From Octopus sinensis (taxonomy: Eukaryota), in assembly GCF_006345805.1 (NCBI RefSeq), contig NC_043015.1, forward strand, positions 15,934,001-15,998,000: 64,000 nt of DNA, read 5' to 3'. The number at the start of each line of letters is the position of its first letter. The stretch's first letter is position 1. Position numbers and translations under genes: made by a program. The notes under the pieces are model-generated. The model was not told where the DNA came from and searched no databases. It was given only the letters and a program-made list of their open reading frames with translations. Shown here in pieces: positions 22,201 through 37,499 of the stretch.

Positions 22201-25200
22201 CATTATCATAGACATTCTTTTAACCAATAAATAATTATATTTTTCTGATGGTTTTCATTATGTCAGTCATCCATTTTAAATTTGCCTGAAATATCTTGCT
22301 TGGTCTGCTATATTTTCCCCCAGAATAGTTTAAATATTCAATCTGTATTTAATTCTAATACTTGAGCCAAACTTAAACATACCCATGTATATATTCAAGC
22401 ATACACAAGATTTTTCTAAATAAATCAACTGCAATCAATGACTGACTAATATAATTTCTTTTCTATTTTCCTTTTTACTACAAGTATTTTGCATTTAATT
22501 TTTAAGCATTATTTTTATTGTTCTCTAAGGTTGAATTAATAGATGATAGGAGGATAACTGAAAGATTTTAAGCATAGGAATATTTAAAATAAAAGACTCT
22601 CAAAAGATGTTTTTAAACGGCAACTTTCTTAATCTTGTAGGTATCACTGATAATTAATTCATTGTAATCAAATTTCACCAATGAGTTTAGATTTTCATTT
22701 AGGAATGTGTTTCTCTCCAAGAAAGTCGGAAATAAATGTTTTTAAAAAACTCTGCATTGTTGATATTTGTGGAAGGAAAAGGGAAATACTTATACTGATA
22801 AAGAACTCCTTAAACTTAGCTTTAAGGGAAAAGTTAATAGTATTTATCACGGGAGTTATCAAGTCTATGTGTGTTATACCTTTAATATCATGTCATTACT
22901 TCAAAGACTTATGGAATGGATCTTATAATTGAAACATTTGCATACATTATTGATACAAGATTTATTTTCCTCCAGCCTGAAGACTTCTCGTTCTAACATC
23001 ATGAGATAATGGAAGCATCTTGAAATTTAGAATGGTTGGCAGATGCAGGCAAATAAAGAATTCTCCAAACTTGAAATTAGCCTCCTACCTAATCTCTCAT
23101 TAACCAAATAAAGTCATTAATATTCATAGTATTGAAGAAGGTACTAATAAACATAATATGAAGCAGATGGAATATATGAAAGTAATGTGAAAAATATGTT
23201 TTCAGTAAAATTTCAGTTGTAGTTTGGGAAAAAGCAATGATAACAATGCCATATTGCACAGTAATAAAGCTTGTATTCAGCTGGCATTATGATAATATTT
23301 ATATGATATTTACTTATTTCTTTAACATACCCAGTATTCCAATGTTTATTTAAGCTATTGATAACCAAACAATTTATGATAGCATTAAATGATGATAAAT
23401 TGAGTTAAGTTAGTATTTAAAGTAATATTTAACAAATTGACTACATAACACTCACTAAATAAAACCAACATCAAAGATGAAAAACTGCCAGATTTTAAAC
23501 AAAGTCTCTTATGATTGCAAGTCTACATTTTTAGATAAGTTATTATTGCAGGATAGCTTTCTTTGCTTTAAACCATCAGTCTCCTCTTGTGTTTCTGACT
23601 ATATTAACTTTTAGTTGATATATATTATCAATATCACATACATCATTCAGTATGTGTTATCAATAATGTTTACATTACTGAGCTACTTCTTACACCAAAT
23701 TTGTATATATCTTTTATCTTTTACTTATTTCAATCATTAGACTATGCTCATGCTGGGGTACCACCTTGAAGAATTATAGTCCAACAAATCAAACCCAGAA
23801 CTTATTTAATATATAATATATCTTAAAACAAAAGCTAAAGTTTTTATTACTAATGTAAAATTCAATTCTCTTAAACAGTAGGCTTCTGGTAAGAGCATTG
23901 AGTTCAATCCTACTTAAATGTATGAATGTACAGAGAAATATACCATCTGACACAGTGGAATAGTCTGTTAGTAATATGGTGCAGACAGAAACATGACATA
24001 ATCAACAGCTACTCGCCACCCTCCAAAAATGCATTCTTATAAGCTAACATGTTGTTCAAATAAGCTATTTCAAAACTTGTTTTACATTTTGATAGCAACT
24101 CACTGTCTGGTTATTCAGTGAATGGTTACCTGTATTTACCTGCTTTTAAACACCTAGCACTGCTTATATTTAATTTTGTGCTATTTTTTCTGTAGTTATT
24201 TGTTACACTGATAATGATATACAAAGTTGCAGATCCACCAGAAGCATATCATAGTGGTGAGAATAATGCAATAATTTATTCACCTTTGATCAGTGTGTAA
24301 CAATGTTGTTGGTATTAAGATGTCTTTTCCTTTATGAATTATCAACTATATAGAGATCAAGCTGCAAATTCTTCAGGAAAAGGAAATGTGAATTTCTGTA
24401 TAAAATATATTTTAATTCAAACAAACTTCTGTCCTATGTCTTGTCAAATGAAACTGAAATTCTGTCCTATATTTTATCAAATAAATCTATCATACAGATT
24501 AATATTTTTTTATCTGTAATCAATTGAACTGAACTACAATCATTATTGAAACCTTCTCGACTAAAACTTTAAATGTTCTTTTAGATAATTTAATCTTCAA
24601 AACTTAAGCAATAAGATTATGAATAACACTAAACTTTAATATTTTTGCCATCTTATATTTACTAAGCTCTAATCTTTCTTCATAAATATACACTTTTTTC
24701 TCTTGGGTCCTTAAAAAGTAATCACTAATCATTAAGGAGACCAAAAAATATGGCGTCTAACTGACAAGCAAGCAAACATGAGAAACTTATTGTACTCATT
24801 AGCCAAAATTAATTACACAACTTAATACCATTATTTCTAGGTTAGAGACTATCACAAACAATTAAATAGCTAATTTTTGTTTTATAATCTTGGCAACATT
24901 GCACACATAAAGGCTTATGTTTCCATCAAAATATGATACCCTATACTTTAATATTTTTGCCATCTTATATTTACCAACCTCTGATCTATAAATTAAGTCT
25001 TTAGAACAGATGTAATAGATTTCATATTAACAGTGAAGTAGCTGACATTTTTAAAAACTAGTAAATTAGTAAATGTGTCATAGAATGGTGAGAAGCTTCT
25101 GGAATGTGGTTTCAGTTCCAATTTGAGAAATTGCTTTCAAGTCACCGCTCTGCTTTTGATTGTTGACACCTGCCACTAACAAACTCTTCAAATTCTTTGG

Positions 25201-26884
25201 AGTGTAACGAAATGAACTTGAGGATCTGCTGCATCTAAGAAATCAATTTTTTTTTTTAAATGCTCTCTCTCTCTCTCTCCCCTGTTCTCTATCTAGTTAA
25301 TTAACAATGCTAACAATATGTCTATATATATATATATATGCATATATAAATAAATAAATGGAGTTTAATGCAGGTGTAATACAAATTCTTTTACTTCCGA
25401 CACATGTTTCGAAGATATCACTGATATTATTCCAAAGGAATAATATAACGTTTTTTTCAAACAATATTAATAGCGTTCAGTTAATCACTATACATAGCCA
25501 TCATTTTCTGTTAAAATGTCTTATTGACGAGTTTCATTTCTTTACTTCCCTGAAGAGAAGATTACATTGTTTTACACCATTTTATTATATGGAAAAACTG
25601 GACTAGTATCAAATTTTAACATTTTCTTTTTTTTTTTTTGCAGATGAGTATTTCACTCTTCACCAAATCAATTTTAAATTCACTTCAGACTTTCATCTAC
25701 ATGAAACTGCTAGACATTTCTTTTGATTTTAACACTTTGTGCTTCAGACTCATAATATCCACCACTTAATAAGAAAACAAAAGGTGATGGGAGAAAATTA
25801 CTCCATTTGTACCATTTCTCTTCACAAGAAAACTTTATATTTTGGAAATTTTGGGAGGTCAGGATTTCAAATAAAGGATTATCAAATATAATGTCAAAAT
25901 TAGATACCATGCTTCATAATTCAAATAAATAGGAAAATTTGACTAACCCTTGTTCCATTGCAGCCAGGTGCACCCATATCTCCTTTGCTTCCTTCCAGTC
26001 CTAAAAGACCCTGAAATTAATAATCAAAATCAAATTATTGAGTACATGATAAAGTGTTAAAGTGAAGTTAGTAATCATTGCTAATCTTAATATAGTTTAT
26101 ATTCTCAGAAACAGATTTAATGTTATGTTATCCTATTCAAATTATGGTAACATTTAATATCATTGGCTTCTGAATAGAATTAAATCATATTTATTGATAT
26201 AATATAATTAAAAGCGTGAAACAAACAATTAAAATTTCAAAGTTTAAGTATTGATCAATGACCATTATTCTCAGGAGATATAGGCAACTTATCAGGAGGT
26301 GAGTTTGACAAGTTGCCTATGCAGTTAAGCGTTTTATAGGTGTGAAATCAATGGTCACTCTCTGACCAGCCATAACAAACAACTTCCTAAATATACTACT
26401 GTTTTAATGTTTTAGAGTGTGCTTCTTTTTTGGATGTATGAATTACTGACCAATATATATATGTATAGTAAAACCAACATTCATGCTTAAATGTCAACAA
26501 CTAAAGGAACTACCACATAATAGATCAATCTTGTAGAAATAGCAGCCCAATTTCCTTCAAATCACACAGTACCATTAATCAATAGACAAGCAGTAACACA
26601 AATATACACACAGTGAGTAATGTCCACAAATGCCTACAGAAATTTTCATGAACTCATGCTGGCAGAGACAAACATGAACTGCTGAGCAGTTAACCACATT
26701 GTGAGAAAAAACACCCAAATCTTCCTACAATCTTGAAAGAAGGACATCTTGAACAGTGTAGTCTCTGACATGTTAAAAGATACTAACCTTAATGCTTTAA
26801 GGAAAAATTCATTTGGCAACTGTGAATGTGTTTCTATATACACCCTAGTTATTGTTTAGTCTTTCTTTTTTGAAGGCCTTAGGG

Positions 26885-27198
26885 CAGTGTTTCCAATCCT
26901 ATTTTTTCCCTAGACACCACTATAACTTTGGGGAAAAATATATGCCCCACTGATGCTTGGAAAAAAAAACAAGTTTATTTTAAATATTTTATCACAATCC
27001 TTTAATGCAAAAGAATTTACCAGTAACTCTTTTATTAGGTACTGAGTACAAAAACAAAAGTACATTATTGACTAAGAAAAATAAAACAAGTGAAACACTT
27101 TAATGAGAACCATGTGCTTGGTGACTATAGCACCACACCTCACTAGAATTTTTCCAAACCCCACCAGTGGGGCATGTGCCCCATATTGAGAATCACTG
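26885..27198. mobile_element. hAT-type MITE
   Basis: TIRs CAGTGTTTCCAA / TTGAGAATCACTG; 8 bp TSD CCTTAGGG / CCTTAGAG. Confidence 0.85.
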
Positions 27199-30100
27199 CC
27201 TTAGAGTGACTGTTGTTTAACCTAAGGTGAGCCCTGATTGAGCAGACATTCCTATCTCTTTTTCAGGTATAATATATCTAGGGACTACTTTCACTACTCA
27301 ATGTCTCCTTCTCTTTTCTAAAACAGCATATGATATGATGATAACTTGGCTACTCTTTGTGTGCGTGCATGCGTGTGTGTGTGTGGGTGTCAGTGTATGT
27401 GTGAAAGTGTCTGAAACAAGCTTATAGACACCTAAGAAAAAAAAAAAACTAAGTCTGTTTAAATGTCTACACATTAGAGCCAGGGATGGCAGACATATCT
27501 CTATAATCTGTTTCAGACAATATGTTATTTAAAGTAACACTTTAAACAAAACATTTTTTTAACTGAAAACTTAAAAGAACATGTAAGCTGAAGGGAAAGT
27601 TTTATTTGTTAACTTTAAAAAAGGCAAAAGTTGGGGTGATGTAATATGAACTGTTGTGTAATAACTATTTGAAAGAAGATGTAGCATTGGTGCCAATCCA
27701 TAAATAGAACAGGCTTTGTTGAATAGTTTCTCTTGATAACCGCCTTCATCAGCAAATACAGAATATTTGGTGAGATGGTAAGTAACTGAAGAAGCCAACT
27801 GTTTCCCTTGTAATGTTTGTCTGAACTTGACCTTTCACTTCCTTATCTTTGGCATCCAGTCTAAGGAAACATTCCAGACTCCAAAAAGGATTAATGTGAA
27901 AATATAAGCTTATAAAACAGGAAGAAGTATTGGTAGTTTGATACTAATAAGCCTATCACTCTCATTACAAATCAGGCAAGTTACTGCTACAGGAGACAAG
28001 TGAGAGCACAGAATAATCTTAAAATACAGCTGTCATAGTGTGATATATTCAGTTCTAATTACAGCCTGAAGAAGTAATGGAGTATTTTAAATGCAAGTAT
28101 GAATATCTGCAGACTTATTCTAGCTATAACAACATAATCTTCATAATTTATTCTAAATACATTTTTTTTTTTTTGAAGCAGATATATTAGTAAAGTGAAA
28201 TAAATTTTATGAAACACTAAAAAAGAACTTGACTCACTAAGACATAGAATAACTAGGCATAAGAATGCAATTATATTTTGGTACAATGGATGTTTTCTTT
28301 AAATCTAGAGCATTAAGTGTATAGAGGGCAGGGTCTCCAGACATTTATAGTTCTGGAAGAAGGGCTTGTTCAAAGTATTACTTTCTGATGATGATGCTCT
28401 TGTGTATGTGTGTGCATACATGTGCACGTGTGTGTGCATGCATGTGTGTGTATGCTTGCATGTGTGTGTATGCATGTGTGTGTGTGTGTATGGAGTAAAT
28501 TTGTGTATTGAGGTGCATGCCCTTATGATAAATAAAGATCAATATAAGTACCAGACTAAAATGAGTACATGATGAATTAAATAGAATTGAAGGTGGTACC
28601 TCAGTATGGCCATAGTTAAAAGATTGAAACCAGAAACAGAATAACAGACTACATAAATTGATAAAAATAAGTAACTCAAAACTATCCAAAAAAATTTTAT
28701 AAGTTTCAGAAAGCAGACAAAATTCTTATTGGCTCAATGTAACACAGCTGGTTATAAGCAAGCAACAATAGAAAAAGTAGAATTTATAACAGATTGTTTT
28801 CTAATGATTGTATTCAGAGAAATATTTCGTTACCAACAATGTGGGAGAAGCAAGAACACAATAATACCAAAGAACAAAAAAGTCAAATGTTTATAGAGAC
28901 AAAGATCTATTTTTGTAAAATTAGTAAATAGCCCTAGTAACAAAGTAAAGAAAAACTGAAAATAACATCTTTTATAACTGCGCAGAAATTAGTGAAATTC
29001 TGTAAGACTGCCAAGAGATTGGATGAGACTTTTGCAACAACTCACTGATAGAAAATGTCTCAGAAAATTTTAGCTGAGGATTCCATTATCTGAAGAAATT
29101 TAATAAATACAAAGCAAAAATAAGATGATGATAATAGTCAAAAGTTCCTGATCTTTTGACACTGTTCCAATATTTTGCAAGGAGCTACATAAAATATAAT
29201 TCAATTTTCCAATGAAAATGAAAGGACTTTTAATAATTAAACTCTCACATCACAACACACCACATTTAATAATTGAGAGAAATTAATTTAAAGTAAATTC
29301 TATATATAAGTAAGGTATTATATGATGAACTTATGGCAAAAGCAACCTGAAAATTCTTAAACATAATGGATTGTCTCATTGTCATAAGAAATTCAGAATT
29401 TTGTCAAAGTGAATTCCTTAACCATAAATCTAAACCTATACTAATACCTATACTCATATCCATGGGTTTACTTTTGTTTGTAAACTGTTGAAAATGACAC
29501 ATCACTTTGGGTATGCATTCTCACACTGACTTATTTAAATGATCACCTGAGGAGGTGCATTTTACATCTCAGATGTATGATAATAATTACACAGTATCTC
29601 TACAAGTGATAAAATGTGACAAAACAATTGTAGTGATTTTAGATTAAAAAAATGTTGTTCATTCCATTTTCTATCATTTATCTATTTCTTTCTACAGATA
29701 TTATGGCATTCCTGATGTATATATCCAGATGCAGGAGTGTTTCCACTGCATATGATGAAATCAGATAGTCAATGACTCTGGATGAGCTTTGCATAGCATT
29801 CTACAAGATTTTTACCTGAATCTTAATTAACTATATATGTATACATAAACACACACACACACACACACACTATTAGAGTGCACATGTGTGTTGTGTGTGC
29901 TTGTATACATGTATATGCATGATATATATAGGTGTCTCTCTATATATATGTATATGAATATACATTTATATTGTTAGAAAAATGTAATAAATTATAAGAA
30001 TGACTATTGCATGCCTTGAGGGTTGTACTTTATATACCTTTCCATACAATAATACTATCTAACCTCTGTACAAATTAAAACAGTGCACATTTATCTATGC

Positions 30101-30630
30101 TTCCTTGTGCACACACACACACACACAAACACTGGCCTTATGAGTTCTCCACTCCCCTCTCACCTCCTTTCCATTACTAGTTCTCTCCATCTTCTGTTTT
30201 TTGCTCCCTATCCCCTCTGTCTCTCACTACTTTCTTTTACTCTTTCGCACTCTCTCTATCCCTCTCCCTACTTTTGCTCTGGCCCAGATAATGTCTCTAT
30301 TTACATTTCTTCTATCCCGCTCTTCAGTTTCCATTTTATATTAGACCTGAGAAATAAACAGACATTTAAAATTTGATGTTTTCTTTTTCTCTTGCATCTC
30401 TTAATCCTTTTAACTATTTTGCTTCTCTTTGCAAAGAATATCACCCAAATCATTACATTCTCTTCTACTTCTTCCAATGGTGTATATACTTTCATTGCTG
30501 TGTTTTCACTCTTTATTTCTATACTCTTTCAATGAAGTTTTACACACTGATTCTGTATATTATTTTTTCTCCTCTTGTTTCATACTCCTACATGTGTTAC
30601 TTGTGCATTTTCATTTATATCTATCTATCT

Positions 30631-30685
<55 letters not shown>

Positions 30686-31003
30686 CAGATATGTTTTCAC
30701 TCATTTTTTGTATTCAATGATGAACATCTTAAATTGTGGCTCTATTAATGAATGTACTGACTACCATCCGTGTAGCATCTCTTATATTCCTTCCCATGAC
30801 ATTCATCTCTTATGTCCCTGCAATAAGGCTTCATCTCCACACACACCAGCTTAATTTAATTCATCCTTAGTTGAAAGACACCTGTTGTTTGTATTTGTAA
30901 TTGTGTACCATTTCTCTGTTTTTTGGGTCCTTGTTTTTGTATACATTCACTTGCTTTCTTCTGAGGAATCTAGTGCTCTTAGCTTAGATTTTCTTGGGGC
31001 TGG

Positions 31004-31175
31004 CCAGATTGGAGCAGTCTCAAGTGTAACCAGTCGATAGTGCTAAGATGATCTGGAACTCGACTGATGATAGGAAGCTCCAAATGACCCATCCTTGTTT
31101 TTTCCTGTCCTTTTTTGTATCGTCTAACTGTCTAGATGTTTTGTTGTCGCCTGTTACGTTTTTGTTCCATTTTTT
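31004..31175 (+). mobile_element. Structured repeat family, copy 2, with CTGATGA at 31064-31070
   Basis: Homology to 17980-18170. Confidence 0.8.
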
Positions 31176-31455
31176 GTTTTATATACACACACAGTAATCC
31201 CTCGCCATATCATGGTTCACCTATTGTGCAATCAGTACATCATGGATTTTTCTGTGTAAGGGGCCAGTTCTCCTCAATACCCTGTATGCCTTAACCATGA
31301 AACAAACTTCTGTGATTTGACCTATAACTGGGGCCCATAGCTACCACCCAAGCTAGAATAGGCATAATAATAGTGGTGATAAAGGAGTAGCTCCATACTC
31401 ACCTAAACTCCTTCCTGACCAACTATTAAATGCCGGTAATATCTTACCACAAACC

Positions 31456-31496
<41 letters not shown>

Positions 31497-33344
31497 TGAA
31501 TAAACATACTTTTGTATACTGCATAAGCATCTAAAAAGATAATTTTTCTATTAAATATTTAATAACATAGGCTTAGTATTATTATAACTACATTTATAGT
31601 CTAATAAAAGAAGAAAAATTTGTTTAAGCTATGGAAAAAAAATTTGATTTGTTTCTTATTGAACCTTGTTATACCCAAGCCTCTAAGAGGTTTCCAGGTC
31701 ATCGTCAGTCAGAATAAATATGATAGGCTTCAAGATGGTAAGACATTAAACTTGGATACATGCTCATAAATATTTATATTTTTCTAGCTCAACCACATAG
31801 AATAACTTTTATTTTTTATACAGACTTGATGTGGATTATTTTCTTTTCATTTTCATATCTTTTGTGTGTGGTGTTAATGATGTGTACAAGTGATCAGTCA
31901 ATGAATAACCTGCTTGTTAAGCCAAACTACCAAACTGTTCTACAGAGAAACCAACCAGCACTTGGAGAAGCAGATGAAATATTTTCATTTTAGATGTCTC
32001 CAGCCTATATGACTAAGTAAAGAGAACTAGGATAAGCAGAAAGTTTGGAATGCAGGAAAACAGTTATATCTTAACTATATTTTTTTCCTACAAAAAAAAT
32101 AATAAGACAAAGCTACTCTGTGAAAGATAATGAGCTGGTAGAGAAAGGATAAATCTAATTTAGACTTGTTTGCTAATTCTGAGAAAAAGCTGTAAGAAAT
32201 TTGAGAGATGTGTGATTGACTGACTGACTATGTATTCAAATAAGCTAACAACAACAGGCTCTATTTTTCTTGATTTCAGTATACCCACGACTTTTTCTCT
32301 ATCACAGTATTTGGATGTAACTGTGAAGTATTAGGACGTTTTAGATAAATTCTGAAAACATTGTTTTTGTTTTTTGTTTTGAATTAGTTTTCTTCTCAAA
32401 ATGCATAAAGTATACTGATATATTAAATTAACAACAAAGTAAGAACGCTGTACTTATATGCAAAAGACAAATCCAGTTAAGCCTTCTCTATAGCACCAGA
32501 AGAAACTTTATTATAGTTCTTATTCCATATGCATCTATTCTTTATGGAGTAGTGAGCTACCATTAAAAAAATTAGTCAACTGTAAAGATACGAAGCATCC
32601 TTAATAGAAATTACTTTCAAAGCATAATTTTCTGCATGGGGAAGGACTCAAAATTTTCATAGCCTAAAAATTAAATGGAGAGTTATAGGAGTAAGTCAGA
32701 TCTTTGGTAACTGTGGTGACAACCCTAGAAATATTCTAGTTTGATTAGACCTCTACAGAACTACCAAAACCTTAGAATAATAAATATAATTTTGCTTTTT
32801 GTTAATATGAAAATAATTCACTAATCAAGTAAATGAAAATAATAAAATTGTAAAACTTGCCAATTGTAAAAATTGTAAAACGTGCTTTCTGTTTGAAGAA
32901 CCTATAATTAAGTATTTAATACTTATTGCTTGAAATTAAGCTTTGATCTTTAAAAATTGTAACCATCAGCTATTGAAACAAGCATCCATGGAATATTCAT
33001 TAGTATTATGAATATTTTATATAGAGAGTATAGTAATAAGTTTGTCTATCTACAGCTATGCTGTGAAAACATAGCTTTATTCTAGTCTTAGAATTCAACC
33101 ACCTAACTCTATTGAACTACTGGTATCTTTCAATTTTACTTAACTGAAAAATTTATACAGATATTTAAGATTATAAATGAATTTATTGAAATAACAATAA
33201 CAGATGCAGAATAAAGATTTGACATCAAATATTGTCAGAAAGATGGCTTTGTTGATCATGTTCTTGAAGCTGAATAAGCATACCATACCACATATATCTA
33301 TTCCATATTATGGTATATAGACAGAAATATTGCACACAGTTGAA

Positions 33345-33444
33345 NNNNNNNNNNNNNNNNNNNNNNNNNNNNNNNNNNNNNNNNNNNNNNNNNNNNNNNN
33401 NNNNNNNNNNNNNNNNNNNNNNNNNNNNNNNNNNNNNNNNNNNN
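33345..33444. other. Assembly gap (100 N)
   Basis: Run of N. Confidence 1.
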
Positions 33445-33779
33445 TGCAATCAACTAGCCCCTGCTAAAAAAATTTCAGACCTTGTGTCTATAGTTGAAAG
33501 GATTGTTTTACTAAATTAAAGAACATAAAATTGCCAGATAATCTTATGGAGGAAGTGTTTGACTTTTTTAAAGATCTTGGCAAAGAAAGGAAGGTAGGTT
33601 CTTAATTAAAACCATCATGAGTTAGAAAATTTCATGTAAAAAGCAATATATTTATTGGAATGTATTCACTTCCTTCTTTTGACAAGGGAACTAAACATGT
33701 GATGTATTACTGTAAATGCCTTCAGAAGACCCATGGGGCCCATAAGAACTGGTGCTTGATTTCTATTTCATAATATTAA

Positions 33780-33998
33780 CCCTTTCGATACCAACCTGGA
33801 TGAAACCACCAGCTCTGTAATACAAATGTTTTGTTTCCATAGGTTTTGAATTAAAATCTTCCACCAAACCTTAGTCACAATTTTTGTTCCTAACACTAGC
33901 TTAATGATAACTATGTTATTTTACTAAATTCTTTGTTATATCTAAAATTAATTGAAAGAAACACAGAGCATCTCCAAATATATATGGTAACAAAAGGG
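33780..33998. mobile_element. piggyBac-like MITE
   Basis: TTAA|CCCTTTCG.TACC ... GGTAACAAAAGGG|TCAA (TTAA-type target, short TIR). Confidence 0.75.
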
Positions 33999-34117
33999 TC
34001 AAGTCAGTGAGACAAATCATTCCCTGAATACAATATTATTTTTGTGAGTACTTTATTCTTATGTGGCTACAGCATGATATCCTGAAGAGGTAACTGCAGG
34101 AACTACCTATTGTATCA

Positions 34118-34318
34118 TTCTTTTACTTGTTTCAGTCATTTGACGGTGGCCATGCTGGAGCAGTGCCTTCAAGGGTTTTAGTCTAAGAAATTGATCCCAG
34201 GACATATTCTATTTGTCTCTTTTGCTGAACTGCTGAGTTATGGGGATGCAAACACACCAACACCAGTTGCCAAGCAGTGATGGGAGGGGTCAAACACCAG
34301 CAAGGAGACACAGATATA
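34118..34318 (-). mobile_element. SINE 3' half with CR1-type tail
   Basis: TTTTACTTGTTTCAGTCATTTGACGGTGGCCATGCTGGAGCAGTGCCTTCAAG, then core-domain sequence; homologous to 51045-51265 and 49255-49435. Confidence 0.85.
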
Positions 34319-34321
34319 TAC

Positions 34322-34370
<49 letters not shown>

Positions 34371-34537
34371 GAAGATGGAAAATGGAATAACAAGAATTTA
34401 TTATTATTATGAAAATTGTTTCAAGACATATAGCATATGATATATATGATCTTTCAGTTTCCAAATCCACCCACAAAGTCTTGGTCAGCCCAAGGCTACA
34501 ATACAAGACACTAGTCCAAGTTACCATGCATATATAC

Positions 34538-34650
34538 ATCATCATCATTGTTTAACGTCTGTTTTCCATGCTAGCAAGGGTTGGATGGTTTCACCGGGAT
34601 CTGGGAAGCCAGAAGGCTGCACCAGGCTCCAGTCTCATCTAGCAGTGTTT
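34538..34650 (-). mobile_element. (GAT)n-tail SINE 3' fragment
   Basis: CATCATCATCATTGTTTAACGTCTGTTTTCCATGCTAGCAAGGGTTGG. Confidence 0.85.
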
Positions 34651-35305
34651 CTATATATACATATATATATATACATATATATATACATATATATACACAT
34701 ATATATATATACACATATATATATATATATATACATATATACATATATACATATATATACATATATACATATATACATATATATACATATATATATATAT
34801 ACACATATACATATGTACATATATATATACATATATATATATATATACATATACATATGTACATATATATATATACACATATACATATGTACATATATAT
34901 ATACATATATATATATACACATATACATATGTACATATATATATACATATATACATATACATATATATATACACATATATATATATACATATATACATAT
35001 ATATATATACACATATATACATATATATATATACACATATATACATATCTATATATACACATATATACATATCTATATATACACATATATACATATCTAT
35101 ATATACATATATATATACATATCTATATATATATACACATATATATAATACACATATACACATATACACATATATATATACACTTATATACATACACATA
35201 TATACATATCTATATATATATACATATATATATATACATATCTATATATATATAATATATATATATACATATATATAATATATACATATATACATATACA
35301 TATAC

Positions 35306-35336
<31 letters not shown>

Positions 35337-36327
35337 CATATCTATATATATATACATATATACATATACATATACATAATATATACATATCTATATATAC
35401 ATATACATATATACATATACATATCTATAATACATATACATATATACATATACATATCTATATATACATATACATATATACATATACATATATACATATA
35501 CATATTACATACATATATATACATATATATATATACATAATATACATATACATATATATATACATATATATACATAACATATATATACATATATATATAT
35601 ATACATATATACATATATATACATATATATACAATACATAATATATACATACATATACATATACATATACATATACTATTACATATATATATACATATAA
35701 CATATATATATACATATACATATATATATACATATATTACATATATATATATACATATATATACATATATATACATATATATACTTATATATATATACTA
35801 TATTTATACATAATATATATACATATATATACATATATACATATATTATATATTACATATATATATACATATACATATATATATACATATACATATATAT
35901 ATACATTATACATATATATATACATATATATACATATATATATATACATATATATACATATATACCATTATTATATAAAATATATATATACATACACATA
36001 TATATATACACATATACATATATATACATATACATATATATATACATATAATTATACATATATATATAATACATATATATACATATATATATACATATAT
36101 AACATGTATAATACATATATATATATACATTATATACATATATATATATAATATATAATATATCATATGTACACATACAATTATGTGAATAGTATTATAA
36201 CTATATATATACATATATACATATATATACATATATATATATACATATATTCAAGTGTACACATACAATATGTGAATAGTCTATATATACATATATATAT
36301 ACATATATACATATATAACATATATAT

Positions 36328-36374
<47 letters not shown>

Positions 36375-36427
36375 ATATCTATATATATAATATTATAATA
36401 TACATAGATATATATATACATATATAT

Positions 36428-36462
<35 letters not shown>

Positions 36463-36704
36463 ATATATATACATATATACATATATATATACATATATAC
36501 ATATATATACATATATATAATATATATATACATATATACATATATATACATATATAATACATATATACATATATATACATATACATATATACATATATAT
36601 TACATATATACATATATATATTATATATATACATATATAATATATATATATATATACATATATATCTATATATATATATACATATTATATATACATATAT
36701 ATAT

Positions 36705-36737
<33 letters not shown>

Positions 36738-36803
36738 TCTATATACATATATATACATATATATAACATATAAACATATATATACATATACATATATACA
36801 TAT

Positions 36804-36864
<61 letters not shown>

Positions 36865-37312
36865 TATATATATTATATATATATATATACATATATATAC
36901 ATAATATATATAACATATATAATATTATATATACATATACAATATATATATATTATACATATATATATATACATATATACATATATATATATACATATAT
37001 ACATATATATACATATATATATATATATATACATATATACATATATACATATATATATATATACATATATACATATATATATATATATACAATATACATA
37101 TACATATATATACATATATATATATATATATACATATAATATATATACATATATATACAATATATATTATATATACATATATATAACATATATATACATA
37201 TATACATATACACATATACATAGTATACATATATACATATACATATGTATACATATTATATATTATATATATATATATACATATATATACATATACATAT
37301 ACATATATATAC

Positions 37313-37343
<31 letters not shown>

Positions 37344-37376
37344 CATATATATACATATATATATATATACATATAT
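34651..37376. repeat. 2.7 kb compound (TA)n/(TACA)n microsatellite
   Basis: Continuous TA/CA alternation; G is very rare on the + strand. Confidence 0.99.
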
Positions 37377-37499
37377 AAGTATTTGCATAGTCTTGTACTA
37401 TGGGTATGTACTGTAATACTTCAGTTTTGTGGGAATTCTATTTAAGAAAACTCAGTCCATAGAAAACTGTACTCGAGTCTCATAATTATCCCCAAATTA

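Noticed and set aside
24196-24256. AG...GT-bounded open segments (also 43724-43794, 25643 onward, 29699 onward)
   Set aside because: Short open frames between splice-like sites are expected by chance in AT-rich DNA; no recognisable product, and several contain stops.
27571-27830. Minus-strand 75 aa ORF, embedded CTGATGA...GAAAC, and + strand donor GATG|GTAAGT at ~27777
   Set aside because: No recognisable protein, stem II unpaired, and stops in + frames shortly upstream; none of the readings can be supported.
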